Origin: Lama guanicoe
Taxonomy: Eukaryota
Length of the DNA stretch: 63,853 bases
Direction: 5' to 3'
NCBI GenBank assembly: GCA_013239625.1
Contig: MU053758.1
Location: forward strand, 2,852,001-2,915,853
In this document: one piece after another, positions 36,440-47,200 of the stretch
How positions within the stretch are numbered: position 1 is the stretch's first letter
How the letters are laid out: each line of letters opens with the position of its first letter
The notes under the pieces: generated by a model
What the model was told of the DNA's origin: nothing
Seen by the model: the letters and a program-made list of their open reading frames with translations, nothing else
The model's database searches: none
Program-made: the position numbers and the translations under genes

Positions 36440-37260
36440 ACTCTAGCCCATTAGGATAACGAAAACGGGTGCGTACGGCTGTGAGAAGGGGCACGAAAGA
36501 AGGGCGTGGGAATACAGTCGCGAGCGGCGAAGACCACATCTCCCGCCAGGCTTTGCGGCGGGGCAGGCCCGCCTTACTCAGCGTCGCCCCGGCGCAACCG
36601 CGCGTCTTTCCGCGGAGGCCCCGGATGTAGACGCCCGTGGGGGCTCAGTGGGCGCGGCCTCACGATGGCGCTGAGACCTGGGGCTCTCTTATTGGTTGTG
36701 CGCCTTCCGGCTTGATTGGCTGTGAAGGAGGGGGCGGTGGCCAAGGCGCGCGGCGCTCCGGCGACACCCAATCAGAAACGTGGCCGGGCTTTGGCGGGAG
36801 GCGGGAAAGCTGCGGCCGGGCAGATTTGGCGCGAGCGCGGCTGGGCTTTCCGGCTGCAGGTGTGGAGTGTGTCCGGGAGTTTGTGGTGGAGACTCCCTGA
36901 AGCTGTCTGCGGGAGACGGGAAAGATCTGGCACTGAGGTGACGCAGCCCTGTGAGGTGGAAAGGAGAGGGGGCCCGGGGCTCCGGGGGCAGCAGAGCTGG
37001 GCGAAGGGATGTGGCGAGGGCCACGGGTTCCGATACAGCTCCAGGTGGAGTGAGAGGAGGACAGCTCAGATCGCGGGAGGGAGAGAGAGGAGGCCGGGGT
37101 AGGGAAGGGAGAGGTGCATCCTCGGAGTCGCCTGGCAGTTGTGCTGAGTGCTGCGGGAGAGAGATGTGGCGGAGTGGGGCTGAGAGTCAGGTAGAGCGGG
37201 GACTGAGTGCAGAGTGAGGACTTGGGGAAGACGGTTAAAGTGGGAGGCTGCTGGGCTAAG
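36440..37260. promoter_or_regulatory. CDC6: CDC6 CpG-island promoter
   Basis: CpG-dense. CCAAT boxes at 36691 (ATTGG), 36715 (ATTGG) and 36768 (CCAAT). GC box at 36731 and ETS motif CTTCCGG at 36704. E2F sites TTTGGCGG at 36790, GGCGGGAAA at 36800 and TTTGGCGC at 36825. This is the known E2F/NF-Y architecture of G1/S genes. Confidence 0.9.
36830..37044 (+). other. CDC6: CDC6 non-coding exon 1 (boundaries approximate)
   Basis: Starts just after the E2F sites and resembles the recalled human CDC6 5'UTR. Candidate donors are CAG|GTGGAG (37044/45), GGA|GTGAGA (37049/50) and GAG|GTGACG (36937/38). Confidence 0.5.
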
Positions 37261-37364
37261 CTGAGGATAATGATCTACCCCGTGCCTGGAGCCAGGGGAT
37301 TAGAAATCCTACAGAAACCAGTTATAATTAACTTCTTAACTGCACCGCTCAAGTGCTTAAAAAA

Positions 37365-37560
37365 TTGAGTCTGGAGACAGAATGCCTGGTCTTACATCCT
37401 GCTTTGCTGTGACGTTGGGCCTCTCTGCCTCTCAGTTTTCTTATCTATAAGTTAAAGATAATAATAGTACCAATCTCTAAGGTGGTTGTAAAACTTACAT
37501 GAGCTTAAATGCTCATGACAGCTTTTTACACGTAGTAGGTGGACAAGGTGTTCGCTCTTG
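37365..37560 (+). mobile_element. MIR in CDC6 intron 1
   Basis: GCTGTGACGTTGGGCCTCTCTGCCTCTCAGTTTTCTTATCTATAA MIR core. Confidence 0.6.
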
Positions 37561-37729
37561 TTGCAAAGATTTGGATGAGACGCAGAACTAAATGCTAAAA
37601 TGTTGTCATAATATAATTTACTTATGAAGTGGGTGTTGATCAACGGTGTAAGTTCTGTGTTACTTTTCCTTCACTTTTACATATTGACTGGCTGTCTTGT
37701 TCTCTTTTGTGCCCAGCTGTGTTGCCATC

Positions 37730-37907
37730 ATGCCTCAAACCCGATCCCAGTCACAGGCTACAATCAGTTTTCCAAAAAAGAAACTGTCTCGGACATTGGA
37801 CAAACCTAAAAACTCCGGTGACAGCAAACTAGAACTGACAAATGTCCAGGCCATACCCTGTTCTCCTTGTGCAAAACTTCTGCCTCTCAGCCCCAGAAAA
37901 CGTCTAG
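37730..37907 (+). CDS. CDC6: CDC6 (cell division control protein 6, AAA+ replication licensing factor), first coding exon
   Basis: Exon starts at 37717 after CCCAG, ATG at 37730. Encodes MPQTRSQSQATISFPKKK...LPLSPRKRL, with a PIP-like box, CDK site S54 and the D-box start. Donor G|GTAAGC. Confidence 0.96.
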
Positions 37908-38271
37908 GTAAGCTATCCAATATTTAAATACAACTTTTTTGACTGTTAGCGCTTGACCTCTTTCCGCAATAAGATGCCTTTGAAACGGCTTTCTGAGTTG
38001 AGTTAAGACCAGTCTATTCCCTTTGGTTATTTTCAGAATGGTCACTAAGTGCTTTCTGAACTTCAGAGTTAAGCTACTTATTGAAGTCCCTTTCTGAACT
38101 ACTTAATAGATCTGATCTTCAATTCCTTAATAAACTTGTTTCTATTGGTGTTTTAAATGACCTTGCAGTTTAGTTATACAGTATTTTGAAACTTGCCTCG
38201 GTAGTTGTGAAGTTAAGAGAAACGTGACAGTTCTTATTTTATAACAGTGGTTGGTAATCCTTGTTTTAGAT

Positions 38272-38453
38272 CATCTGTTTTTTATTAGGGGGTGATTTGG
38301 CAATATCTGGAGACATTTTTAGTTATCATAACCGAGGGGGTGCTACTGACATAGTGGATAAAGGCCAGGGATGCTGCAATGCACAGGACAGTCCCCGACA
38401 ATGAAGAGTTATTTAGCCCAAGATATCAGTGGTGCCCAGGTTGAGAAACTCTG
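38272..38453 (+). mobile_element. MER20 (hAT-Charlie)
   Basis: GGGGGTGATTTGGCAATATCTGGAGACATTTT...GGCCAGGGATGCTGCAATGCACAGGACAG...GGTTGAGAAACTCTG. Approximate 8-bp TSD TTTTAGA(T/G). Confidence 0.85.
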
Positions 38454-38524
38454 TTTTAGAGCAATCCTAGAATTTAATTCCACTAAAACCCACTTGGTTT
38501 CTACCAAATAGTAGTAAGACTCAG

Positions 38525-38543
38525 TAGTGCCATCTGGTGGCCA
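38525..38543 (-). promoter_or_regulatory. CTCF-binding motif
   Basis: The minus strand reads TGGCCACCAGATGGCACTA, a near-perfect match to the CTCF core consensus CCASYAGRKGGCRS. Confidence 0.7.
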
Positions 38544-38685
38544 GTGTTTGCTTCTGGATGAGAGGCATTTTATTTTGGTGGTTCTGGCTGAGGTAGAAAG
38601 AAATTCACCTCTTCTAGGGGGGATGCAGGGACCTTCCCAAGTCCACTGCTAAGAATGACCACGTTTTGATTTTAATACATTTCAG

Positions 38686-38967
38686 GTGACGACAACCTGT
38701 GTAACACGCCCCATTTACCTCCCTGTTCTCCACCAAAGCAAGGCAAGAAAGAGAATGGGCCCCCTCGCTCACATACCCCTAAGGGGCGTAGATTGGTATT
38801 TGACAATCAGCTGACAGTTAAGTCTCCCAACAAAAGAGAACAAGCCAGAGTTCACCCAAACAAAACACGTTCCTCAATTCGAAAATGTGAAGACATCACA
38901 ACAAATTCTGAGCAGAGATGTTCGCTGGAGAAGGAATCTGCATGTATGAGACTGTTCAAGCAAGAAG
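38686..38967 (+). CDS. CDC6: CDC6 coding exon 2
   Basis: 282 nt between TTTCAG| and |GTTTGT. Encodes GDDNLCNTPHLPPCSPPKQGKKENG...GRRLVFDNQLTVKSPNKR...FKQE, with S74, the KEN box, the Cy motif and S106. Confidence 0.96.
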
Positions 38968-39091
38968 GTTTGTTCTTACGTGGCAGCTATTCACGCAGCC
39001 TTATAAACAAGGCTGGCGATTCCAAGTGAAACCCAGTGGGTCTTCTCGGTCACCTCTGTTGTGTCTAATTGTCCTTTCATGTCTGGCACAG

Positions 39092-39291
39092 GCACTTGCT
39101 ACCAGCAAGCAAAGCAGGTCCTGACTACAGCTGTCCCGGATCAGCTGCCTGCCAGGGAAAAGGAGATGGATGTCATCCGGAATTTCCTGAGGGAGCACAT
39201 CTGTGGGAAAAAAGCTGGAAGTCTTTATCTTTCTGGTGCTCCTGGAACTGGAAAAACTGCCTGCCTAAGCCGAATTCTGCAAGAGCTCAAG
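39092..39291 (+). CDS. CDC6: CDC6 coding exon 3 (Walker A)
   Basis: 200 nt. Encodes GTCYQQAKQVL...GSLYLSGAPGTGKTACLSRILQELK. Splice sites CACAG| and AAG|GTACAT. Confidence 0.97.
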
Positions 39292-39535
39292 GTACATTGA
39301 GAGCCTGAATTATGCTCTTGCTAAAATGACACTGATTATTAAAGGTTAAGAAAGAGTAGAAGTGCTTAGGGGATTGAAGTTTCCCCCCCAATAAGACACT
39401 TCATTTTCCTGTCTAAATCTTTCCCAGTGAAAGTGGAGCTTATTCTTTTGCATGCTGTTAACTCTTTAAAGACACCCCAGGTTCTATCAAATTTTTATCC
39501 AAGGCAAAGTAACTCGTATGTTTGCATTTTTCTAG

Positions 39536-39711
39536 AAGGAACTGAAAGGCTTTAAAACAATCATGCTGAATTGCATGTCCTTGAGGAGTGCCCAGGCTGT
39601 ATTCCCAGCCATTGCCCAGGAGGTTTGTCAGGAAGAAGTATACAGGCCAGCTGGGAAGGACATGATGAGGAAACTGGAAAACCATATGACTGCGGAGAAG
39701 GGCCCCATGAT
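39536..39711 (+). CDS. CDC6: CDC6 coding exon 4
   Basis: 176 nt. Encodes KELKGFKTIMLNCMSLRSAQAVFPAIAQEVCQEEVYRPAGKDMMRKLENHMTAEKGPM. Splice sites TCTAG| and |GTAAGC. Confidence 0.95.
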
Positions 39712-40117
39712 GTAAGCATTGCTCTGCTGCATGTTGCTCTGTGAAAATCTGCAAGGTCTATTGCCCACAAACTCGCATTCTTGCCTCTTGAATTTAATCC
39801 ATTTGTTCATAAAAAGAACATTTCCTATATTTGCTTTAGGAGAGGTAGTTACATAAGCTTAAAGGGAAAGAAGAAGGGGGGAAAAAACCTTCTAATTTTA
39901 AATTGGGAAAAAATGTTTTTAAATGAAATGCTTGAAAAACCTGTATGTTTTTTGGTGATGGCAGGGGTATCATCGTAACAGTGACTGGAGATAGGACATA
40001 TCGGGATCTTCAAACTGGTCTCAGCTATAGGAATGTGACCTAGAGTCAGCCCAGACCAAACAGTTTGGAGAGTTAAGAAGGTGAATGGGGATACTAATTG
40101 TTTCTCTTTCTATGTAG

Positions 40118-40224
40118 TGTGTTGGTGTTGGACGAGATGGATCAGCTGGACAGCAAAGGGCAAGATGTACTCTACACACTGTTTGAATGGCCATGGCTAA
40201 CCAGTTCTCGATTGGTGCTGATTG
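40118..40224 (+). CDS. CDC6: CDC6 coding exon 5 (Walker B)
   Basis: 107 nt. Encodes IVLVLDEMDQLDSKGQDVLYTLFEWPWLTSSRLVLI. Splice sites TGTAG| and G|GTTAGT. Confidence 0.96.
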
Positions 40225-40409
40225 GTTAGTGCCCTGTTGTTAATGTTACTTGGTGGTCCTAAAGACCTCTTTTTTTCAATCTCTTCAGTTTATCACCTAT
40301 TATTTTATCTTAAACCAGCTTTCTGCTTATCAAAATAAGAAAGTTACTATAAAATAGTAACCTTAACTAAGGCAAATCAATTTTGTTAATTCTGAATAAA
40401 AATGATAAT

Positions 40410-40665
40410 ACTTGGGAGGGATAGATTAGGAGTTTGGGATTAATGATATTTCTTACTATATATAAAATAGATAAACAACAAGGACCTGCTGTACAGCACA
40501 GGGAACTATATTCAATTTCTGGTTATGAGCTATAGTGGAATAGAATCTGAAAATATATACATGTGTATACATGTATAACTGATTCGCTTTGCTGTGCATG
40601 TGAAACTAATATTGTAAATCAACTATACTTCAATAAAAAATAAGAATTAAAAATTTTTTTTCAAA
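40410..40665 (+). mobile_element. L1 3'-end fragment in a CDC6 intron
   Basis: GGGATAGATTAGGAGTTTGGGATTAA...GTACAGCACAGGGAACTATATTCAA...TCAACTATACTTCAATAAAAAA. Confidence 0.85.
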
Positions 40666-40968
40666 AATAAAGATGTGACCAATGATTCAAAACAAAACAA
40701 AAAGACGTAATACTGCATTTCAGAGACAATTGGTTTTTAGAGTGTCTGATCCTGCTTCTCAGTGAACAATTCTAAACCTACCTTGAAAAGAGCATTGTAT
40801 GAATATTGTGTACACCTCACCTAATGAGTATTGGGGGGTGGGGGCAAGTGGAAAGCACACTGGAATGCTGGGTTATAACTGGAAATTTTATTCAGCTTTC
40901 AGAGGATTTAGTTTTCCTTTTAGGATGGTTTGACCAGTGGTGATTAGTGTTATTTATCTCCTCCTCAG

Positions 40969-41108
40969 GTATTGCTAATACTCTGGATCTCACAGACAGA
41001 ATTCTGCCAAGGCTTCAAGCTAGAGAAAAATGTAAGCCACAGCTGTTGAACTTCCCACCTTACACCAAAAATCAGATAGCCACTATCTTGCAGGATCGAC
41101 TTAATCAG
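40969..41108 (+). CDS. CDC6: CDC6 coding exon 6 (sensor I/arginine finger region)
   Basis: 140 nt. Encodes GIANTLDLTDRILPRLQAREKCKPQLLNFPPYTKNQIATILQDRLNQ. Splice sites CTCAG| and |GTGAGT. Confidence 0.96.
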
Positions 41109-41638
41109 GTGAGTGTCAACTGTTGTACCAAGTTCTGTGTTCCTTGTATCACATGTGAAAGGGAAACCGAACAATAGGTCTAAAATATTTTGCTTTGATT
41201 GTTACTCCAAGGGAGTTCCTAGGAGCCATCCATAGTGAGAACATTTTCATATGAATTTCCACCCATTGTTCCATTTATTGGATGCCTCAGTGTCGGAATA
41301 AAAATAGTAAGAGTTAGAGGAATCATCCACATACTTCTCTAATGGCCTTTAAACACAGGGCCTGAAGAAGCACTTTCTCCTTTGTAAATGACCAAGTAGA
41401 TTCTATTTTAGTTTAGTTTTGCTAATTTAAGTTTCAGTTGCTTTTTTCCCCTTCGTGAACCTCTGCCCCATTCCTACAAAATACTTAAATGTATAAACTC
41501 TCCATTTACTTATAAGCAGAAAAGGCATCTCTTAGACCCTAAAGGTTGGTGCATCAAGTTTAGACTTAAGTGTGAAAATACTTATACAGAGGGGGAATCT
41601 TCTGGTTCAAACTATCGTCTTCTGTGTCTTGTCCAAAG

Positions 41639-41739
41639 GCATCTAAAGATCAGGTTCTGGATAACGCTGCTATTCAGTTCTGTGCCCGCAAAGTCTCCGC
41701 TGTTTCAGGAGATGTTCGCAAAGCACTAGATGTTTGCAG
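41639..41739 (+). CDS. CDC6: CDC6 coding exon 7 (sensor II)
   Basis: 101 nt. Encodes ASKDQVLDNAAIQFCARKVSAVSGDVRKALDVC(R). AAG acceptor, donor AG|GTGAGT. Confidence 0.95.
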
Positions 41740-42911
41740 GTGAGTTATGGCACTGTTGGCTGCTTTTATTAAAAAAAGAAATGCTGCTAATTGTCTCATG
41801 TAACTCAAGTGAATGTGGCTTACGAGTCTCCATTCTGNNNNNNNNNNNNNNNNNNNNNNNNNNNNNNNNNNNNNNNNNNNNNNNNNNNNNNNNNNNNNNN
41901 NNNNNNNNNNNNNNNNNNNNNNNNNNNNNNNNNNNNNNNNNNNNNNNNNNNNNNNNNNNNNNNNNNNNNNNNNNNNNNNNNNNNNNNNNNNNNNNNNNNN
42001 NNNNNNNNNNNNNNNNNNNNNNNNNNNNNNNNNNNNNNNNNNNNNNNNNNNNNNNNNNNNNNNNNNNNNNNNNNNNNNNNNTGAGACTTTTTTTTCCTTC
42101 CTTTGCTTTTGTGAGCACCCCTTCCTCCAGTTGGTGGTCCCCCACAGTTGTACTCCAGGTCTCTCTCTCCCTTCCCACCCCCCTGCCCCTCCTGCTGGGG
42201 GAGCCTCTGTGCTGACTGATGAAATTTCTTCCTTCCCAGTAGGGACACTGGGTCCATTAAAATGATACTTGCTGTGCTGGCCCACTAGTCCAACCTCCCC
42301 CTACTGCCATGCAGAAGATCCAGGTCTGGCTTATGGCTTCCTGTGGGCAAAGTAGTTTGGAGAGAGCAGTGGGAGAGTAAGCTCTTCCTATTGCTAGATG
42401 GTGTGATCCTGGTTTTGAAAGTTTCCCCTAGTCAGCAAACTACTTGGGTAAAGACTGAGGCTCTGAGCAATAGTGATGTAGGCCAGTGTGTAGGCCGGTG
42501 TTTAGCCTACCTGTATCCTGTGTATATGTAACAGCAGACTCTCCTTTTAGGTCTGCTGTGGATGGATGGTACTGGCTTTCTTTAGTCAATCACCCACGCT
42601 ACATATCTTCCCCCATCCATGACATTTTCTCTTGGTCCAAAATGTTATCATTGGCTCAATGTATGATCACTTTCTTGGCATCTATAAGAGGAAACCGTGT
42701 AGTGTTGAAGTTTCTCAGATTTCCTGGTCCATGAATTATTTCAAGGCAATTCATTCTTCTTAAGCTGAGACATAATCCAGTTTTGTTTGAGGGCTTTAAA
42801 ATTATAAAACAGGTTGCTTTCTGTTAATGTGACTGTTTTGAGCTTGGTGGTTTGGTGTAGTGTTTGGTTTGGCTCAGCCTAAATTAATTTTAGAAATTTT
42901 ATTTTATATAG

Positions 42912-42976
42912 GAGAGCTATTGAAATCGTAGAGTCGGATGTCAAAAGACAGACTATCCTCAAACCACTGTCTGAAT
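42912..42976 (+). CDS. CDC6: CDC6 coding exon 8
   Basis: 65 nt. Encodes RAIEIVESDVKRQTILKPLSE. Splice sites TATAG| and T|GTAAGT. Confidence 0.94.
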
Positions 42977-44585
42977 GTAAGTAGTTTATCTCCTTTCTAT
43001 CTTCTTTTATAATTGGAGGCTTAACTTTCCTGAGGAAAGAGTAGAAAGATGAAATGAGCATAGTTAAATCCACACTCACCCCCTCATGTGTGTGTGTGCG
43101 TGTCTGTGTTTTGCATCAATTTCATCTACTTTATTTCAAGCCTGCCTGCCAGTGCTATAATCCATGCATTGCTGGAAATGAGTTCTCCAGGGTGTTATGT
43201 GAATGGTTGGGACAGAGTCAGTTTTCTTTCCAAGCTCTAGGAATGAAAGCTAGACAATAAGTTTGCATCAACTTCTCTCTGGGTACTTACATTGAATTCA
43301 CCTTAGGTCTCAGAACAGGTGAAAGCAAAGCCTGGTAAATAAGGGTCACACAGGGAAAGAATTGAGTTTCACTTGGAATATTGCAAGCCTTTCAACAGGT
43401 GGAAGAGGGTGGAGTTTCAAAGATGGTATTGCGACAGTAAACTACAGGCTATCACAAAAATGACAGAATTAATTTTCTTTTCCCTCAACCTTGTTCTCTT
43501 AGCTACAGCAGATGTCAAATGGCCATGAACTGCATATCTTGTGTTTAACATCCCCTGTTCATCTTAGAAACAGGACAGTCTGATTTGATTGTTTCTTCCT
43601 TCCCTCCTGCACTGGTTAAGAGCTACTAAAATTGTTTCTAGCACTATAAATATAGTTCCACAGAAAACACTTCTCATCAACTTGTTGAAAGAAAATTAAT
43701 AGAAGTATTTCAGAAGGAGCCAAACTTAGTGGTTGAGTTGATGGTGGGTAATATCTGCCAGTGCACAGACTAGATACTGGCTTCTCTTCAGCTTTTCACA
43801 GGGTTCCCTTTTTCCCTACCAATAACACTTAGGCTTGTCAGTGGCCCCCGTGAGCGCCTCTGGCACACTTATAACTAAAAGAGGTAGTGAATTCCTGTCT
43901 TTTGACATCTGGTAGGTGTGGTTAGCTTTTAATGGCTCTAGAAAGCTATAGGGAGACTGACTTCAACCAGATGTAAGAAGACGCTTTTCAATAAACAGCA
44001 CTAATTGGACTTTGACACAGAGCAGGCGCCCCATTTAATGATACTCAAAAGTTGGACAGGCGACCACTTGCTGGAATTACTTTAGAAGGGGCTCAGCCAT
44101 TGGGTAGGGAGCAAGGAAAGACCTAAATTCCTTTCAACTTTAAGGTTCTGCTTCTTGGTCGCGGATCTCCAGTGTCTCCTCTACAATGAGTCGTCGGCAG
44201 TGTCCCGTTTGTGGCAGTGACATCGAAGCAAATTGTTGTCAGACAGCCAACTTGGTCTCAGGAAGTAACTTTAGGCAAAGGTTGTTACAGAGCAAATCCC
44301 TCCTCTGTCTTGCAATTCCAGCATCTCCACACAATGAGGCCGTAGACCTCTGCACCTTGTTGGCAGCCTCCCAACCTCCAGCCTCTGAGATGGTGCTATC
44401 TGCTAAGATATCCAATGCCATTTTCTCAAGTGTTGCTCTACTGTAGATCAGCCCAGGCAAGTGAACCAAACCTCAGAGGTCATTTGGGGAGGCTATCCAG
44501 AGGCCATATGTATGATTGTCCACATTTTGCCACTCAGTTGATTCAAAATATTAAGTAATTTTTCCAACCTTTTAAAATTACCAGG

Positions 44586-44788
44586 CCCCAGGGTGGAGTA
44601 TAGCTCAGTGGTAGAGCGTGTGCTTAGCATGCACAAGGTCCTGGGTTCAATCCTCAGTACCTCCATTAAATAATAAATAAATATACCTAATTGCCTCCCC
44701 CCTAAATAAATAAATGTAAATAATAAAACCTAATTGCCCACCCCCTAAAAAAGTAAATAAAAACTTAAAAAAAAGTTAAAAAAGAAAA
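44586..44788 (+). mobile_element. tRNA-derived SINE (Vic-1-like) in a CDC6 intron, with duplicated tail module
   Basis: Near-consensus A and B boxes and two CCTAATTGCC..CCCCC tail units. TSD TAAAATTACCAGG at 44573-44585 and 44789-44801. Confidence 0.92.
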
Positions 44789-45191
44789 TAAAATTACCAG
44801 GTGCAATCATCTTTGCTTCAAGATTCTATTATCCCTCTTGGCCTTTGAGCTATCAGGAACTTCCAAGGCAGAGTCCGTTAGTTCTCCATCGGTCCTTATT
44901 CTTTCACGAGGTAGATTTTGTCTCTCTGACACTAAGTTGCATTCTACAGGATAAAACAGCTCACCATTCTGCCCAGAAAAAGAATAACCCTACTTTCCAA
45001 TTCATCTCACATTTTGACATCTTTCTGAGGATCACGCTGTGTCTCATCCTTTGGCTTCTAGTTACAGAATTGGAACCTCTGCCACCCCATGACTGCTCTT
45101 GAATTTCTTTCAACTGAAGCTTAGTATCATCTGTCTCAATACCCACAATATTAAAAAAAATGTAATTAAGCTTGATTTATTTGCTTTATAG

Positions 45192-45394
45192 GTAAATCAC
45201 CCTCTGAGTCACTGGTTCCCAAGCGGGTTGGTGTTATTCACATATCACAAGTCATTTCAGAAGTTGATGGAAACAGAATGACTTTGAGCCAAGACGGAGC
45301 ACACGATTCCTTCCCTCTTCAGCAGAAGATCTTGGTCTGCTCTTTGCTGCTCCTGACCAGACAGTTGAAAATCAAAGAGGTCACTCTGGGGAAG
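45192..45394 (+). CDS. CDC6: CDC6 coding exon 9
   Basis: 203 nt. Encodes CKSPSESLVPKRVGVIHISQVISEVDGNRM...FPLQQKILVCSLLLLTRQLKIKEVTLGK. Splice sites TATAG| and |GTTAGT. Confidence 0.95.
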
Positions 45395-45829
45395 GTTAGT
45401 TGGGAATCTCAGCAGATGGAGCTGGGGTGGAGATGACAATCTGCTTTGCTGAGCAGATATTTTCCAAAAGGCCTGTCTTGCTCCAGCTGATATGAATTAA
45501 AAATGGATCTTAACAATAAGAGTAAGTACTGGTATCACATAAAAGGCAGCTGACTTTATTTCCCTTGGGTTGTGGTTGAGAATTTACCATTAATCTCCCC
45601 TTCACTTCTGCCTCTCCCTGTGAAATATATAAAGCCCCTTTCCTGCATTACAGGATAGGTTTTTGGCATTGTCTCCATAATGCCTTTTTGAGGATTTTAT
45701 TGAAAAGAAGGAGAATTAGGGTATTCTGATAACTGTTTTGCAAACCCAGACTCACATTTTTTAAAGGATCACAAGGTTACAAGAAATATGACTTACAAGC
45801 AACATTTGTTCTCCCTTGTTTCCTCCCAG

Positions 45830-45970
45830 TTATTTGAAGCCTATAGTAACGTCTGTCGCAAACAGCAGGTGGCAGCTGTGGACCAGTCAGAGTGTTTGTC
45901 ACTTTCAGGGCTCCTGGAGGCCAGGGGCATTTTCGGATTGAAGAAAAACAAGGAAACCCGCTTCACAAAG
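45830..45970 (+). CDS. CDC6: CDC6 coding exon 10 (winged-helix domain)
   Basis: 141 nt. Encodes LFEAYSNVCRKQQVAAVDQSECLSLSGLLEARGIFGLKKNKETRFTK. Splice sites CCCAG| and |GTACAG. Confidence 0.96.
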
Positions 45971-46252
45971 GTACAGTGAACTGCTTCTTTGTGACATTGC
46001 TTTTAATCGTCCTGCTCTGGAGAGCTTACCTTTTGCTAAAGATTTTTAATGGACTGCAATTAGATAAATAATTTTTTTGTTAAGGTGTGTGAAGGCAGGG
46101 CTGTAGTATGAATGAGATTTTTTTTCAGGCCATTGGAAAAGCAGTGTTTAACTTGCTTGCCTCTTGTGAGACAAGTTTAACATGGTAGAAGTTTGCATAG
46201 TAAAAACTTTGTGAGTTCTCCACTGTGAAAATTCCTTTTCTCTTCTTTCCAG

Positions 46253-46342
46253 GTGTCTTTGAAGATTGAAGAGAAGGAAATAGAGCATGCTCTGAAAGAC
46301 AGAGCTTTAGTTGGAAATATCTTAGCTACTGGATTGCCTTAA
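46253..46342 (+). CDS. CDC6: CDC6 last coding exon
   Basis: Follows TTCCAG|. Encodes VSLKIEEKEIEHALKDRALVGNILATGLP followed by TAA. Total CDS is 1683 nt, or 560 aa. Confidence 0.96.
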   Translation: MSLKIEEKEIEHALKDRALVGNILATGLP

Positions 46343-47200
46343 ATTCTCTTCTTTTATACCAATACCCACGTGAAAGTATCCAGCCGACATTTGAGAGAGC
46401 GATGAAGTCTTCATTTTAGTACTTTATACACTCATGTCTGAAAACAAACATGACCTTTTTTACCTAAAGCTGATAAAAATTTAATCTGTAGATTCATGAA
46501 TATTAGCACAGAATAATATCTTTGGGTCTTATTATGTTCATGCATAAAAAACTATGAAGTAGACCATTTTAGTTACATTCGCTACCTCTGTCACTAGCGT
46601 GTCGCTAACCAGGAGGCTTGCAAGTATACAGATTTATGTTGTGGAAAATGCGCATATTTACTTCTTCGTTTCCTCAGACATTAGTGTATTTTAAAGAACT
46701 TTGGGACTAGACGAAGAAGAATGAAAAAGGATGACACAGGAAAATAAGTCCACATGGAGATGTGGAGGACACTTTGATCAAAGAACGTATTTCTTTTTGG
46801 AGTGTTCCCGTTGCAAATACCTCCACATTGTGACATTTTAAAGACTCACTGAGTTTCTTGGGCACTCCCAAGGTCGTGCGGGTGCTCAGGAGAATGTGAC
46901 TTTACAGATTGTGAATATATTTATTTTCAAGCTGCGTTCTTTGTCTTTTTAAGCAAACACATTGCAAGAGAGCTCAAACTTGCAGAAAGCAATGGGACAG
47001 TTCCTCCCCAGACTATCCCACAGCCCTAGCTGCCCTCAGATGAAGCCATTTCTTTCCGAACACCTTAGCTTGGGGTAGTGTTTTTGTCTAAACCTCCTAT
47101 TTTCCCAGTCTTATTAGATAAATTGATCCATATGGTTACTCAAGTCTCACCTTTTCTGGGTTTGGCTTCCAGTGGCATTAAATAGCAATTTGTGGCGGGG
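46343..47200 (+). other. CDC6: CDC6 3'UTR (end approximate; candidate signals CATAAA 46543, ATTAAA 47177)
   Basis: Follows the stop codon. I saw no canonical AATAAA, only variant hexamers. Confidence 0.5.

Noticed and set aside
41674-42285. Several long ORFs spanning N runs (also 47494-48037, 51480-52360 and 54663-55768)
   Set aside because: Their length is an artefact of Ns lacking stop codons.
44150-44470. Coding-looking 76-aa antisense and 86-aa sense ORFs in a CDC6 intron
   Set aside because: No recognisable protein family, poly(A) tail or TSD of a retrocopy. A tblastx search would be needed to reopen it.
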